The translations under genes and the position numbers were made by a program. A model generated the notes under the pieces. The model was not told the DNA's origin and searched no databases. It worked only from the letters and a program-made list of their open reading frames with translations. Shown piece by piece: positions 18,089-27,966 of a DNA stretch of 64,000 bases (within the stretch, counting starts at the first letter, position 1; each line of letters begins with the position of its first letter). Origin of the DNA: Roseomonas sp. Lineage in GTDB: Bacteria; Pseudomonadota; Alphaproteobacteria; Acetobacterales; Acetobacteraceae. The stretch is from contig JBHYEQ010000002.1 in NCBI GenBank assembly GCA_051860065.1, positions 277,773-341,772 on the forward strand, given 5' to 3'.

Positions 18089-19327
18089 ATGGACCAGACC
18101 ACCCGCCGCGGCATCCTCGCCGGCACCGCCGCCACCGCGGCCTGGGGCGCGCTGCCCTATCGTTCGGCTCGCGCGCAGGCCGCCAATACCATCAAGATCG
18201 GCGTGCTCGGCGATGGCTCGGGCATGTATCGCGACCTCGGCGGGCCGGGCTCGACCGTCTGCGTGCGCCAGGCGGTGCAGGAATTCGGCGCCCAGGGCTT
18301 CAACGTGGAAGTGGTCGAGGCCGACCACCAGAACCGCCCCGATGTCGGCTCGACCATCGCGCGGCAATGGATCGACCGCGACGGCGTGGACATGATCACC
18401 GACGGCACGACGTCGTCCGTCGCGCTCGCGCTGAACCAGCTGGTGCGCGAGAAGAACAAGGTGATGCTGAATTCCGGTGCGGCGACCTCCGACCTGACCG
18501 GGGCGGCCTGCACCGCCAACACGATCCACTGGACCTACGACACCTGGATGCTGGCGAATTCCACCGGCGGTGCGATGGTGCGCGCGGGCGGGGACAGCTG
18601 GTACTTCATCACCGCCGACTATGCCTTCGGCCACGCGCTCGAACGCGACACCGCCAATTTCGTCCGCAATGCCGGCGGGCGCGTGATCGGCCAGGTGCGC
18701 ACGCCCTTCCCGGGCACGACGGATTTCAGCAGCTTCCTGCTGCAGGCGCAGACCTCGCGCGCCAAGGTGATCGGCCTGGCCAATGCCGGGGCGGACACCA
18801 CGAACTGCATCAAGCAGGCGGCGGAATTCGGCCTGACGCGCCGCGGCGTGAAGCTCGCGGGGCTGCTGGTGTTCCTCAGCGACGTGCATTCGCTGGGGCT
18901 GCAGACCGCGCAGGGCCTGGTGCTGACCGAGACCTTCTACTGGGACCTCAACGACCGCACCCGCGCCTTCACGACGCGCGTGCGTCCGCGCATGCCGAAC
19001 CAGGCGCCGCCGACCATGGTGCAGGCGGGCGTCTATTCCGCCACGCTGCACTACCTGAAGGCGGTCAAGGAACTGGGCGTGGCGGCGGCGAAGGACGGCG
19101 CCGCGACGGTCGCGCGCATGAAGGCGATGCCGACCGACGACGACGCCTTCGGCCCCGGTTCGGTGCGCGCCGATGGCCGCAAGCTGACGCCGGCCTACCT
19201 GTTCGAAGTGAAGGCGCCGGGCGAGAGCCGCGCACCCTACGACTACTACAAGCTGCTGCAGACCACCGCGGCCGACCAGGCCTTCCGCCCCGTGGCGGAC
19301 GGCAATTGCGCGCTGGCCCGCAGCTGA
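18089..19327 (+). CDS. ABC substrate-binding protein 1 (Leu/Ile/Val-binding superfamily)
   Basis: Tat-like TRRGILAG, ADHQNRPDVG, ITADYAFGHALE, FYWDLND. Confidence 0.92.
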   Translation: MDQTTRRGILAGTAATAAWGALPYRSARAQAANTIKIGVLGDGSGMYRDLGGPGSTVCVRQAVQEFGAQGFNVEVVEADHQNRPDVGSTIARQWIDRDGVDMITDGTTSSVALALNQLVREKNKVMLNSGAATSDLTGAACTANTIHWTYDTWMLANSTGGAMVRAGGDSWYFITADYAFGHALERDTANFVRNAGGRVIGQVRTPFPGTTDFSSFLLQAQTSRAKVIGLANAGADTTNCIKQAAEFGLTRRGVKLAGLLVFLSDVHSLGLQTAQGLVLTETFYWDLNDRTRAFTTRVRPRMPNQAPPTMVQAGVYSATLHYLKAVKELGVAAAKDGAATVARMKAMPTDDDAFGPGSVRADGRKLTPAYLFEVKAPGESRAPYDYYKLLQTTAADQAFRPVADGNCALARS

Positions 19328-19398
19328 CCAACACCAGACGACCGGCGCGCTTGGGATGTCCCTGCGCGCCGGCGAGCGTCGATCGAGGGAGAGACTGA

Positions 19399-20646
19399 AT
19401 GAATACCATCAACCGCCGCGGCATCCTCGCCGCCGGTGCCGCCGGCGCCGCCTTCGGCGCGCTGCCCTATCGCAGCGCCCGCGCGCAGGCCGCCAACACC
19501 ATCAAGATCGGCGTGCTGAACGACCAGTCGGGCCTGTATCGTGACGTGAACGGCCCTGGCTCCGTCGCCTGCGTGCGCCAGGCGATCAGCGAACTGGGCC
19601 TGGCGGCGCGCGGCATCAACGTGGAAGTCGTGGTGGGCGACCACCAGAACCGCCCCGATGTCGGCGTGAACATCTCCCGCCAGTGGATCGACCGCGACGG
19701 CGTGGACATGATCATCGACGTGCCGACCTCCTCGGTCGCGCTCGCGGTGAACACCGTCGTGCGGGAGAAGAACAAGGTCTACATCAACTCCTCGGGCGCG
19801 ACGTCGGACCTGACGGGCTCGGCCTGTTCGCCCAACACGGTGCACTGGACCTACGACACCTACATGCTCGCCAAGAGCACGGGTGGCGCGATGGTGCGCG
19901 CGGGCGGCGACAGCTGGTTCTTCATCACCGCCGACTACGCCTTCGGCCACGCGCTGGAACGCGACACGGGCGCCTTCGTGCGTGCGGCCGGCGGGCGCGT
20001 GCTGGGTGCGGTCCGCACGCCCTTCCCGGGCACCACCGACTTCAGTTCCTTCCTGGTGCAGGCGCAGGCGTCGCGCGCCAAGGTGATCGGCCTGGCCAAT
20101 GCCGGCGGCGACACCATCAACTCCATCAAGCAGGCGGCGGAGTTCGGTGTCACGCGCCGTGGCGTGAAGCTGGCCGCGCTGCTGATGTTCATCTCGGACG
20201 TGCATTCGCTTGGCCTGCAGACCGCGCAGGGCCTGGTCTGCACCGAGACCTTCTACTGGGACCTGAACGACCGCACCCGCGCCTTCACCGCGCGCGTGCT
20301 GCCGAACATGCCGCAGCAGCTGCGCCCGGGCATGGCGCAGGCCGGCTGCTATTCCGGCACGATGCATTACCTGAAGGCGGCGATGGAGCTCGGCGTCGCC
20401 GCGGCCAAGGCCGATGGCGCGGCGACCGTCGCGCGCATGAAGGCGATGCCGACCGAGGACGACGCCTTCGGCCCCGGTTCCATCCGCGCCGATGGGCGGC
20501 GCCTGTGCCCGGCCTACCTGCTGGAGGTGAAGACCCCGGCCGAGAGCCGCGGCGCCTGGGACTACTACAAGCTGCTGCAGACCACCGCGGCGGACGAGGC
20601 CTTCCGCCCGCTGGCCGAAGGCGGCTGCTCGCTCGTGCGCAGCTGA
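19399..20646 (+). CDS. ABC substrate-binding protein 2
   Basis: paralogue of SBP1, same motifs, NRRGILAA signal. Confidence 0.92.
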   Translation: MNTINRRGILAAGAAGAAFGALPYRSARAQAANTIKIGVLNDQSGLYRDVNGPGSVACVRQAISELGLAARGINVEVVVGDHQNRPDVGVNISRQWIDRDGVDMIIDVPTSSVALAVNTVVREKNKVYINSSGATSDLTGSACSPNTVHWTYDTYMLAKSTGGAMVRAGGDSWFFITADYAFGHALERDTGAFVRAAGGRVLGAVRTPFPGTTDFSSFLVQAQASRAKVIGLANAGGDTINSIKQAAEFGVTRRGVKLAALLMFISDVHSLGLQTAQGLVCTETFYWDLNDRTRAFTARVLPNMPQQLRPGMAQAGCYSGTMHYLKAAMELGVAAAKADGAATVARMKAMPTEDDAFGPGSIRADGRRLCPAYLLEVKTPAESRGAWDYYKLLQTTAADEAFRPLAEGGCSLVRS

Positions 20647-20815
20647 CATGCCGGCACCGGCTTCCTCCCGCACGAGCGCGCGCTTGATGCGCGGTCGCGT
20701 GCGGGAGGGCGCCAGTGCCGGGCTGCGTAATGCGTCCGCGCGCATTCGCTGAACAGCACCGTGCGGGGAGCCAACCCCGCCGGTGTCCAGAACAACGCAA
20801 CAGGAGGATGTCCCC

Positions 20816-22039
20816 ATGGAGCTGACCCGTCGCGGCGCACTCGCCGCCGGAACCGCCGCCGCGATCGCGCCGATGTCGCGCGCCCGCGCGCAGGCGAACA
20901 CGATCCGCATCGGCGTGCTCACCGACATGTCGGGCACCTACCGCGACAATACCGGCCCGACCTCGGTGGCCTGCACGCGCGAAGCGGTTGCCGAGTTCGG
21001 CGCAAGCCACGGCTTCACGGTCGAGGTGATCGAGGCCGACCACCAGAACCGCCCCGATGTCGGATCGAACATCGCGCGGCAATGGTACGACCAGGGCGTG
21101 GACGTCATCGTGGACGTGCCGACCTCGTCCGTCGGGCTCGCGGTCAACCAGATCGCGCGGGAGAAGAACAAGGCCTACCTGAATGTCGGCTCCGCCACGG
21201 CGGACATGACCGGGCCGGCCTGTTCGCCCAACACCATCCACTGGGCCTATGACACCTACATGCTGGCGAAGTCGACCGGCGGTGCGATGGTGCGCGCGGG
21301 CGGCGACAGCTGGTTCTTCATCACGGCGGACTACGCCTTCGGCCATGCTCTGGAACGCGACAACGCGAATTTCGTGCGCGCCGCCGGCGGGCGCGTGCTC
21401 GGTCAGGTGCGCACGCCGTTTCCGGGCACGACGGATTTCAGCAGCTTCCTGGTGCAGGCCGCGGCCGCACGGCCGAAGGTGATCGGCCTGGCCAATGCCG
21501 GCGCCGATACCGCGAACTGCGTGAAGCAGGCCGCCGAGTTCGGCATCACCCGCCGCGGCATCAAGCTGGCTGCGCTGCTGCTGTTCGTGAACGACGTCCA
21601 GGGCATCGGGCTGCAGACCGCGCAGGGGCTGGTCTGCACGGAATCCTTCTACTGGAACACCAACGACAAGACGCGCGCCTGGACGCAGCGCATCATCCGT
21701 CGCACGCCGACCAACTACCCGAACATGATCCATGCGGGCTGCTACTCGGCGACGCTGCATTTCCTCAAGACCGTGGCGGCGATGGGCGTGCCGGCGGCCA
21801 AGGCCTCGGGCGTCGAGCTCATCAACCGCATGAAGGCCGCGCCGAGCGAAGACGACTGCTTCGGCACCGGCACCACGCGCGCCGATGGCCGTCACCTGAT
21901 CCCGTCCTTCCTGTTCGAGGTGAAGGCGCCGGGCGAGAGCAGCGGCCCGTGGGATTTCTACAAGCTGCTCCAGACCACGCCGGCGAACGAGGCCTTCCGC
22001 CCGCTCGCCGAAGGCAATTGCCCGCTGGTCCGCGGCTGA
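20816..22039 (+). CDS. ABC substrate-binding protein 3
   Basis: paralogue, LTRRGALAA signal, RBS AGGAGG. Confidence 0.92.
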   Translation: MELTRRGALAAGTAAAIAPMSRARAQANTIRIGVLTDMSGTYRDNTGPTSVACTREAVAEFGASHGFTVEVIEADHQNRPDVGSNIARQWYDQGVDVIVDVPTSSVGLAVNQIAREKNKAYLNVGSATADMTGPACSPNTIHWAYDTYMLAKSTGGAMVRAGGDSWFFITADYAFGHALERDNANFVRAAGGRVLGQVRTPFPGTTDFSSFLVQAAAARPKVIGLANAGADTANCVKQAAEFGITRRGIKLAALLLFVNDVQGIGLQTAQGLVCTESFYWNTNDKTRAWTQRIIRRTPTNYPNMIHAGCYSATLHFLKTVAAMGVPAAKASGVELINRMKAAPSEDDCFGTGTTRADGRHLIPSFLFEVKAPGESSGPWDFYKLLQTTPANEAFRPLAEGNCPLVRG

Positions 22040-22109
22040 CGACAGACAACCATCGAGCACCGCGCGACAGAATGCGGGCCGGGGTCACAACCAGGGAGGA
22101 ACAACAACA

Positions 22110-23339
22110 ATGACGGAACTCAGCAGGCGTGCAGTCGTGGCGGCGGCGGGCTTCGGCGCCTTGCCGTTCTCGCGCGCGCGCGCCCAGGCGGCCAATACCA
22201 TCAAGATCGCGCTGCTGTGCGACTTCTCCGGCACCTATCGCGACGTGACCGGGCCGAACGAACTGGCCTGCGTGCGCCAGGCCGCGGCCGAATTCGCCAA
22301 TCGCGGCTTCAACATCGAGGTCACCTACGCCGACAACCAGAACCGCGCCGATGTGGGGTCCAACATTGCGCGCACCTGGTTCGACCGCGACGGCGTGGAC
22401 TGCCTGGTCGATGGCGGCGCGTCGTCGGTCGCGCTCGCGGTCAACGACGTGGTGCGGGAGAAGAACAAGGTCTACGTCAATTCGTCCTCGGCGACGTCCG
22501 ACCTGACGGGGCGGGCCTGTTCGCCTAACCTCGTGCACTGGACCTACGACACCTACATGCTGGCGAAGTCCACCGGTGGTGCGACCGTGCGCGCGGGTGG
22601 GGATACCTGGTTCTTCGTGACGGCCGACTACGCCTTTGGCCATGCCTTGGAACGCGACACCGCGAATTTCGTGCGCCAGGCCGGCGGGCGCGTGCTCGGG
22701 CAGGTGCGGACGCCGTTTCCGGGAACTTCGGATTTCAGCAGCTTCCTGCTTCAGGCGCAGGCTTCGCGCGCCAAGGTGATCGGCCTCGCGAATGCCGGAT
22801 CGGACACCATCAACTGCATCAAGCAGGCGTCGGAATTCGGGCTGGCGCGGCGCGGCATCAAGCTCGCCTCGCTGCTGATGTTCATGCCCGATGTCCATTC
22901 GCTGGGCCTGGAAGCGACGCAGGGGCTGATCTGCACGGAGACCTTCTACTGGGACCTGAACGACCGCACCCGCGCCTTCACCAACCGCGTGCGCGCCAAC
23001 CTGCAGCCCAACGTGCCGCTGTGCATGAACCATGCGGGCGGCTACGCATCGGTGCTGCATTACCTGAAGGCCGTGGCCGACATGGGCGTAGCCCGCGCCA
23101 AGGCGAATGGCGCCGAGGTCGTGGCCCGCATGAAGGCGATGCCCTGCGACGATGACTGCTTCGGCCCCGGCACCATCCGCCAGGACGGGCGCAAGCTGCA
23201 CCCGGCCTATCTGTTCGAGGTGAAGTCGCCTGCCGAGAGCCGCGGCCAGTACGACTACTACAAGCTGCTGCAGACCACCGCCGGCGACGACGCCTTCCGC
23301 CCGATGGCCGAAGGCGGATGTTCGCTGGTGCGCAGCTGA
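22110..23339 (+). CDS. ABC substrate-binding protein 4
   Basis: paralogue, LSRRAVVAA signal, RBS GGGAGG followed by a CA-rich spacer. Confidence 0.92.
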   Translation: MTELSRRAVVAAAGFGALPFSRARAQAANTIKIALLCDFSGTYRDVTGPNELACVRQAAAEFANRGFNIEVTYADNQNRADVGSNIARTWFDRDGVDCLVDGGASSVALAVNDVVREKNKVYVNSSSATSDLTGRACSPNLVHWTYDTYMLAKSTGGATVRAGGDTWFFVTADYAFGHALERDTANFVRQAGGRVLGQVRTPFPGTSDFSSFLLQAQASRAKVIGLANAGSDTINCIKQASEFGLARRGIKLASLLMFMPDVHSLGLEATQGLICTETFYWDLNDRTRAFTNRVRANLQPNVPLCMNHAGGYASVLHYLKAVADMGVARAKANGAEVVARMKAMPCDDDCFGPGTIRQDGRKLHPAYLFEVKSPAESRGQYDYYKLLQTTAGDDAFRPMAEGGCSLVRS

Positions 23340-23408
23340 TCGCCCAGGGATGATGAACCGGCGGTGCCGAATCCCCGGCGCCGCCCGACACGCAGGGAGA
23401 ACGGAGTG

Positions 23409-24620
23409 ATGCACGCCAGTCGCCGAAGCCTTCTCGCCTCCGCCGCGCTCGCGGCGCCACTGTCGCGCGCCCGCGCCCAGGGCAACACCATCCGCATCGG
23501 CGTCCTGACCGACATGTCGGGGCCGTATCGCGACACCACCGGCCCCGGCAGCGTGGTGCTGACACAGGCCGCCGCCGCCGAATTCGCCAATCGCGGCTTC
23601 ACCGTGGAGGTGCTGCAGGCCGACCACCAGAACCGCCCCGATGTCGGCGCCAACCTGGCGCGCCAATGGTACGACCAGGGCGTGGATGCGATCGTCGACG
23701 TGCCGACCTCATCCGTCGCCTTCGCGGTCAACACCATCGCGCGCGAGAAGAACAAGGTCTTCCTGAATTCCGGCGCGGCGTCCTCCGACCTCACGGGCGC
23801 GCAATGCAGCCCGAACACGGTGCACTGGACCTACGACACCTGGATGCTGGCCAAGGGCACGGGTGCCGCCATCGTCCGCACCGGCGGCGACAGCTGGTTC
23901 TTCGTCACCGCCGACTACGCCTTCGGCCATGCGCTGGAACGCGACACCGCCAGTTTCGTGCGCGCCGCCGGCGGACGCGTGGTGGGACAGGTGCGCTACC
24001 CGTTCCCGGCGACCACCGACTTCTCGGCCTTTGTGCTCCAGGCGCAGTCGAGCCGCGCCAAGGTGCTGGGCATGGCCAATGCCAGCACCGACACGGTCAA
24101 CACCATCAAGTCGGCGCGCGAATTCGGCCTGCATCGCAGCATGAAGTTCGCAGCCTTGCTGATGGGCGTCATGGACATCCATGCGCTGGGGCTGGAATCC
24201 GCGCAGGGGCTGCTGCTGACGGAATCCTTCTACTGGGACCTCAACGACCGCACCCGCGCGCTGACGCAGCGCACCCGCCAGGCCAACCAGAACCGCCCGC
24301 CGGCTATGGTGCCGGCCGGCTGCTATGGCGCCACGCTGCACTACCTCAAGGCCGTGGCCGACATGGGCGTGGCCGCCGCCAAGGCCGATGGCCGCGCCGC
24401 GGTCGCGCGCATGAAGGCCATGCCGACCGATGACGACGCCTTCGGCCCCGGCCGCATCCGCGAGGATGGCCGCAAGATCCATCCCGTCTTCCTGTTCGAG
24501 GTGAAATCGCCTTCCGAATCCCGTGCCCCCTTCGACTACTACAAGGTCGCCGCGACCACCCCGGCGGAGGAAGCCTTCCGCCCGGTGGCCGAGGGCGGCT
24601 GCTCGCTCGTGCGTTCCTGA
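23409..24620 (+). CDS. ABC substrate-binding protein 5
   Basis: paralogue, ASRRSLLAS signal. Confidence 0.92.
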   Translation: MHASRRSLLASAALAAPLSRARAQGNTIRIGVLTDMSGPYRDTTGPGSVVLTQAAAAEFANRGFTVEVLQADHQNRPDVGANLARQWYDQGVDAIVDVPTSSVAFAVNTIAREKNKVFLNSGAASSDLTGAQCSPNTVHWTYDTWMLAKGTGAAIVRTGGDSWFFVTADYAFGHALERDTASFVRAAGGRVVGQVRYPFPATTDFSAFVLQAQSSRAKVLGMANASTDTVNTIKSAREFGLHRSMKFAALLMGVMDIHALGLESAQGLLLTESFYWDLNDRTRALTQRTRQANQNRPPAMVPAGCYGATLHYLKAVADMGVAAAKADGRAAVARMKAMPTDDDAFGPGRIREDGRKIHPVFLFEVKSPSESRAPFDYYKVAATTPAEEAFRPVAEGGCSLVRS

Positions 24621-24637
24621 CAAGGATCTGACTGCCC

Positions 24638-25534
24638 ATGCTCGATATCATCGAGAATTTCCTCGGCATCCCGGCGCCATTGCTGTTCGGGCAATTGCTG
24701 CTCGGCCTCATCAACGGCGCCTTCTATGCGATGCTCTCGCTCGGCCTCGCGGTGATCTTCGGGCTGCTCAACATCATCAACTTCACCCATGGCGCGCAGT
24801 TCATGATGGGCGCCTTCGTCGCCTGGATGCTGCTCGCCTGGGGGGGGCTGGGCTATTGGTGGGCGCTGCTGATCACGCCGCTGATCGTCGGTGCGACAGG
24901 CGTCGTGATTGAACGGCTGATGATCTCGCGGCTGTACAAGCTCGACCATCTGTACGGGTTGCTGCTGACATTCGGCATCGGGCTGATCATCGAGGGCCTG
25001 TTCCGCAACCATTTCGGCTCCTCGGGCCTGCCCTACCAGATCCCGCCGCAGCTCTCCGGCGCCTGGGACCTCGGCTTCATGTTCATGCCGATCTACCGCG
25101 GCTGGGTGGTGGTCTTCGCGCTGGTCTGCTGCCTGGCGACCTGGCTGGTGATCGAGAAGACGCGGCTTGGCGCCTACCTGCGCGCCGCCACCGAGAACGC
25201 GGCGCTGGTGCAGGCCTTCGGCGTGAACGTGCCGCGAATGATCACGCTGACCTACGGGGCAGGGGTGGCGCTGGCGGCACTCGCCGGCGTGCTGGCCGCG
25301 CCCATCTATTCGGTGAACCCGCAGATGGGCACGAACCTCATCATCGTGGTCTTCGCCGTCGTCGTCATTGGCGGGATGGGGTCGATCCTGGGGTCGGTGC
25401 TGACCGGCTTCGGGCTCGGCATCATCGAGGGGCTGACGAAAGTGTTCTGGCCGGAGGCTTCCGCAACCGTGATCTTCGTCATCATGGCGATCGTGCTGCT
25501 GGCACGTCCCGCCGGTCTGTTCGGGAGGGCCTGA
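24638..25534 (+). CDS. HAAT ABC permease (LivH-like)
   Basis: GLAVIFGLLNIINFTHG, RAATEN...QAFGVN, VVVIGGMGS. Confidence 0.92.
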   Translation: MLDIIENFLGIPAPLLFGQLLLGLINGAFYAMLSLGLAVIFGLLNIINFTHGAQFMMGAFVAWMLLAWGGLGYWWALLITPLIVGATGVVIERLMISRLYKLDHLYGLLLTFGIGLIIEGLFRNHFGSSGLPYQIPPQLSGAWDLGFMFMPIYRGWVVVFALVCCLATWLVIEKTRLGAYLRAATENAALVQAFGVNVPRMITLTYGAGVALAALAGVLAAPIYSVNPQMGTNLIIVVFAVVVIGGMGSILGSVLTGFGLGIIEGLTKVFWPEASATVIFVIMAIVLLARPAGLFGRA

Positions 25535-25537
25535 TCC

Positions 25538-26527
25538 ATGGCATCCGAAACCACCGCCGGCGCCATCGCGCCCGCCAGCAACGACCAGGGCGTGATCTGG
25601 GGCTTCTCCAGCGCGCAGCTCGCAGCCCTTGGCGTGCTGGTCGTCTTCCTCGCGGTAGCACCCTTCTTCCTCTACCCCGTCTTCCTGATGAAGCTGCTGT
25701 GCTTCGCGCTGTTCGCCTGCGCCTTCAACCTGCTGATCGGCTATGTCGGCCTGCTGAGTTTCGGCCATGCGGCGTATTTCGGCATGGGCGGCTACATCGC
25801 CGGCTATACGGCCAAGGCCTATGGCCTCACGCCCGAGTTCGCGGTGCTGGCCGGTGCCGCCGTCGCCGGTTTCCAGGGCTGGATCTTCGGCTGGATCGCC
25901 ATCCGCCGGCAGGGCATCTACTTCGCCATGATCACGCTGGCGCTGGCGCAGATGATCTACTTCTTCTGCGTTCAGGCGCCCTTCACCGGCGGCGAGGACG
26001 GCATCCAGGCGATCCCGCGCGGGTCGCTGTTCGGCTCCATCAGCCTGTCCTCCGACATGAACATGTACTGGTTCGTCGCCGCCATCTTCCTGGCCGGCTT
26101 CCTGGCCATCCACCGCATCATCCATTCGCCCTACGGCCAGGTGCTGAAGGCGATCCGCGAGAACGAGCCCCGCGCGACCTCGCTCGGCTACCGCACGGAT
26201 GACTACAAGCTGGTCGCCTTCATCCTGTCCGCCACGCTGGCGGGTGTGGCGGGCGGCGTGAAGTCGCTGGTCTTCGGCATCGCGACCCTGACCGACGTCC
26301 ACTGGGCGATGTCGGGCGAGGTGGTGCTGATGACGCTGGTGGGCGGCCTCGGCACGGTGTTCGGCCCGGTGGTCGGTGCCGCCGTCATCGTCACCATGCA
26401 GAACTACCTGGCCGAGATGGGCGCCTGGGTCACGGTCATCCAGGGGGCGATCTTTGTCACCGTGGTGCTGGCCTTCCGCCGCGGCATCGTCGGCGAGATC
26501 GCCAACCTGTTCCGCGTGAAGCTGTAG
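25538..26527 (+). CDS. HAAT ABC permease (LivM-like)
   Basis: GLLSFGHAAYFG, GIYFAMITLA, AIRENEPRA.SLGY, LVGGLGT.FGP. Confidence 0.92.
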   Translation: MASETTAGAIAPASNDQGVIWGFSSAQLAALGVLVVFLAVAPFFLYPVFLMKLLCFALFACAFNLLIGYVGLLSFGHAAYFGMGGYIAGYTAKAYGLTPEFAVLAGAAVAGFQGWIFGWIAIRRQGIYFAMITLALAQMIYFFCVQAPFTGGEDGIQAIPRGSLFGSISLSSDMNMYWFVAAIFLAGFLAIHRIIHSPYGQVLKAIRENEPRATSLGYRTDDYKLVAFILSATLAGVAGGVKSLVFGIATLTDVHWAMSGEVVLMTLVGGLGTVFGPVVGAAVIVTMQNYLAEMGAWVTVIQGAIFVTVVLAFRRGIVGEIANLFRVKL

Positions 26528-26592
26528 GGCAGGGCCTTTACGACCCGCCCGCCCCGCGCCACGCTGCACTGCAGCAACGGCGTGGGGCGGGC

Positions 26593-27903
26593 ATGGGCGC
26601 GAAGAAGTTTCATCTCGGCTGGTTCCTCCAGGGCTCCTCGGTGCAGGCCTGGGGCGAGGACTGGACCGGCAATATCGGCACCGAATGGATGGTGCCCGAC
26701 TTCTTCATCGAGATGACGAAGAACCTGGAGCGCGCCTGCTTCGACTACGTGCTGCTGGAAGACAGCTCCTACATCGGCGAATCCTACGGCGGGTCGCGCG
26801 AGATCTACCTCCATCACGGCCTGTCAGTGCCCCGCCAGGACCCCTCCGTCGTTGCTGCCCTGCTGGCGCGCGAGACGCAGCGCATCGGCATCGTCGCGAC
26901 CTTCGGCACCTTCGCCTACCCGCCCTATCTGCTGGCGCGGTTGGTGGCGTCGCTCGACCAGGTATCGTCGGGGCGCATCGGCTGGAACGCGGTGACCGGG
27001 TCGTCGGACTATGCCGCGCGGAACTTTGGGCTGGACGGCATGCCCCCGCACGACACGCGCTACGACATCGCCGACGAATACATGGAGGTGGCGCGCAAGC
27101 TCTGGGGGTCCTGGGAACCCGGTGCCATCATCGCCGACCGCGAGAGCGGCGTGCTGGTGGACCACACCAAAGTCCATGCCATCGACCATGCCGGCACCTA
27201 CTTCAAGGTGCGCGGCCCCCTGAACTCAGGCCCCTGCCCGCAGGGCCAGCCGGTGATCGCCCAGGCCGGCGGCTCGCCGCGCGGGCGCGAATTCGCCTCG
27301 CGCCATTCCGACACCATCGTGGCCATGGTGAAGGGCACGGCGGGGATGAAGGCCTATCGCGACGACATCCGTGCCCGCATGGTCGCGCATGGGCGCAACC
27401 CCGATGACTGCAAGGTGCTGTTCCTGGTCTCCCCCGTGCTGGGCGACACCGAGGAGGAAGCCCGCGCCCGCCACAAGCGCCGCCTGGCCACCACCGAGGA
27501 AGAGATCGCGCGCCGCCTCGCGCACCTGTCCAAGATCACCAACCTCGATTTCGGCGCGCTGCCGCTCGACAAGCCGCTCGGGTCGCTGACCACCAACGGC
27601 CACCAGCAATCGCTCGACGAGTTCCTGAAGAAGGCCGGCAACAAGACGCTGCGCGAGGCGGCCGAGATCTACTCCGACGCGGGATCGATCCCGCTGGTCG
27701 GCACGCCGGCGCAGGTCGCGGACCAGATGCGCGCCGCGATGGAGGAGATCGGCGGTGACGGCTTCCTCATCACCACCAACCAGACCTCGCGGCGCGTCAT
27801 CGCCGAGATCGCCGACGGGCTGGTGCCGGAACTCCAGCGCCGCGGCCTGACGCGCAGGTCCTACGAGCACGCGATGTTCCGCGACAACCTGCTCGCATTT
27901 TGA
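26593..27903 (+). CDS. NtaA/DmoA/DszA family FMN-dependent monooxygenase (LLM class)
   Basis: LERACFDYVLLEDS, SSGRIGWNAVT, YFKVRGPLN..P.PQGQPVIAQAGGSPRGREFA, LVPELQRRGL. Confidence 0.9.
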   Translation: MGAKKFHLGWFLQGSSVQAWGEDWTGNIGTEWMVPDFFIEMTKNLERACFDYVLLEDSSYIGESYGGSREIYLHHGLSVPRQDPSVVAALLARETQRIGIVATFGTFAYPPYLLARLVASLDQVSSGRIGWNAVTGSSDYAARNFGLDGMPPHDTRYDIADEYMEVARKLWGSWEPGAIIADRESGVLVDHTKVHAIDHAGTYFKVRGPLNSGPCPQGQPVIAQAGGSPRGREFASRHSDTIVAMVKGTAGMKAYRDDIRARMVAHGRNPDDCKVLFLVSPVLGDTEEEARARHKRRLATTEEEIARRLAHLSKITNLDFGALPLDKPLGSLTTNGHQQSLDEFLKKAGNKTLREAAEIYSDAGSIPLVGTPAQVADQMRAAMEEIGGDGFLITTNQTSRRVIAEIADGLVPELQRRGLTRRSYEHAMFRDNLLAF

Positions 27904-27966
27904 TGCCTTGCGTCGCCGGGTGGCGGCTCCGGCGGCGTGGCTTCTCGCGCCGCCAGCCGCCCCGCG

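Noticed and set aside
18089-24620. five SBPs as an assembly duplication artefact
   Set aside because: The copies differ throughout in sequence and signal peptides, and their intergenic spacers are unique.
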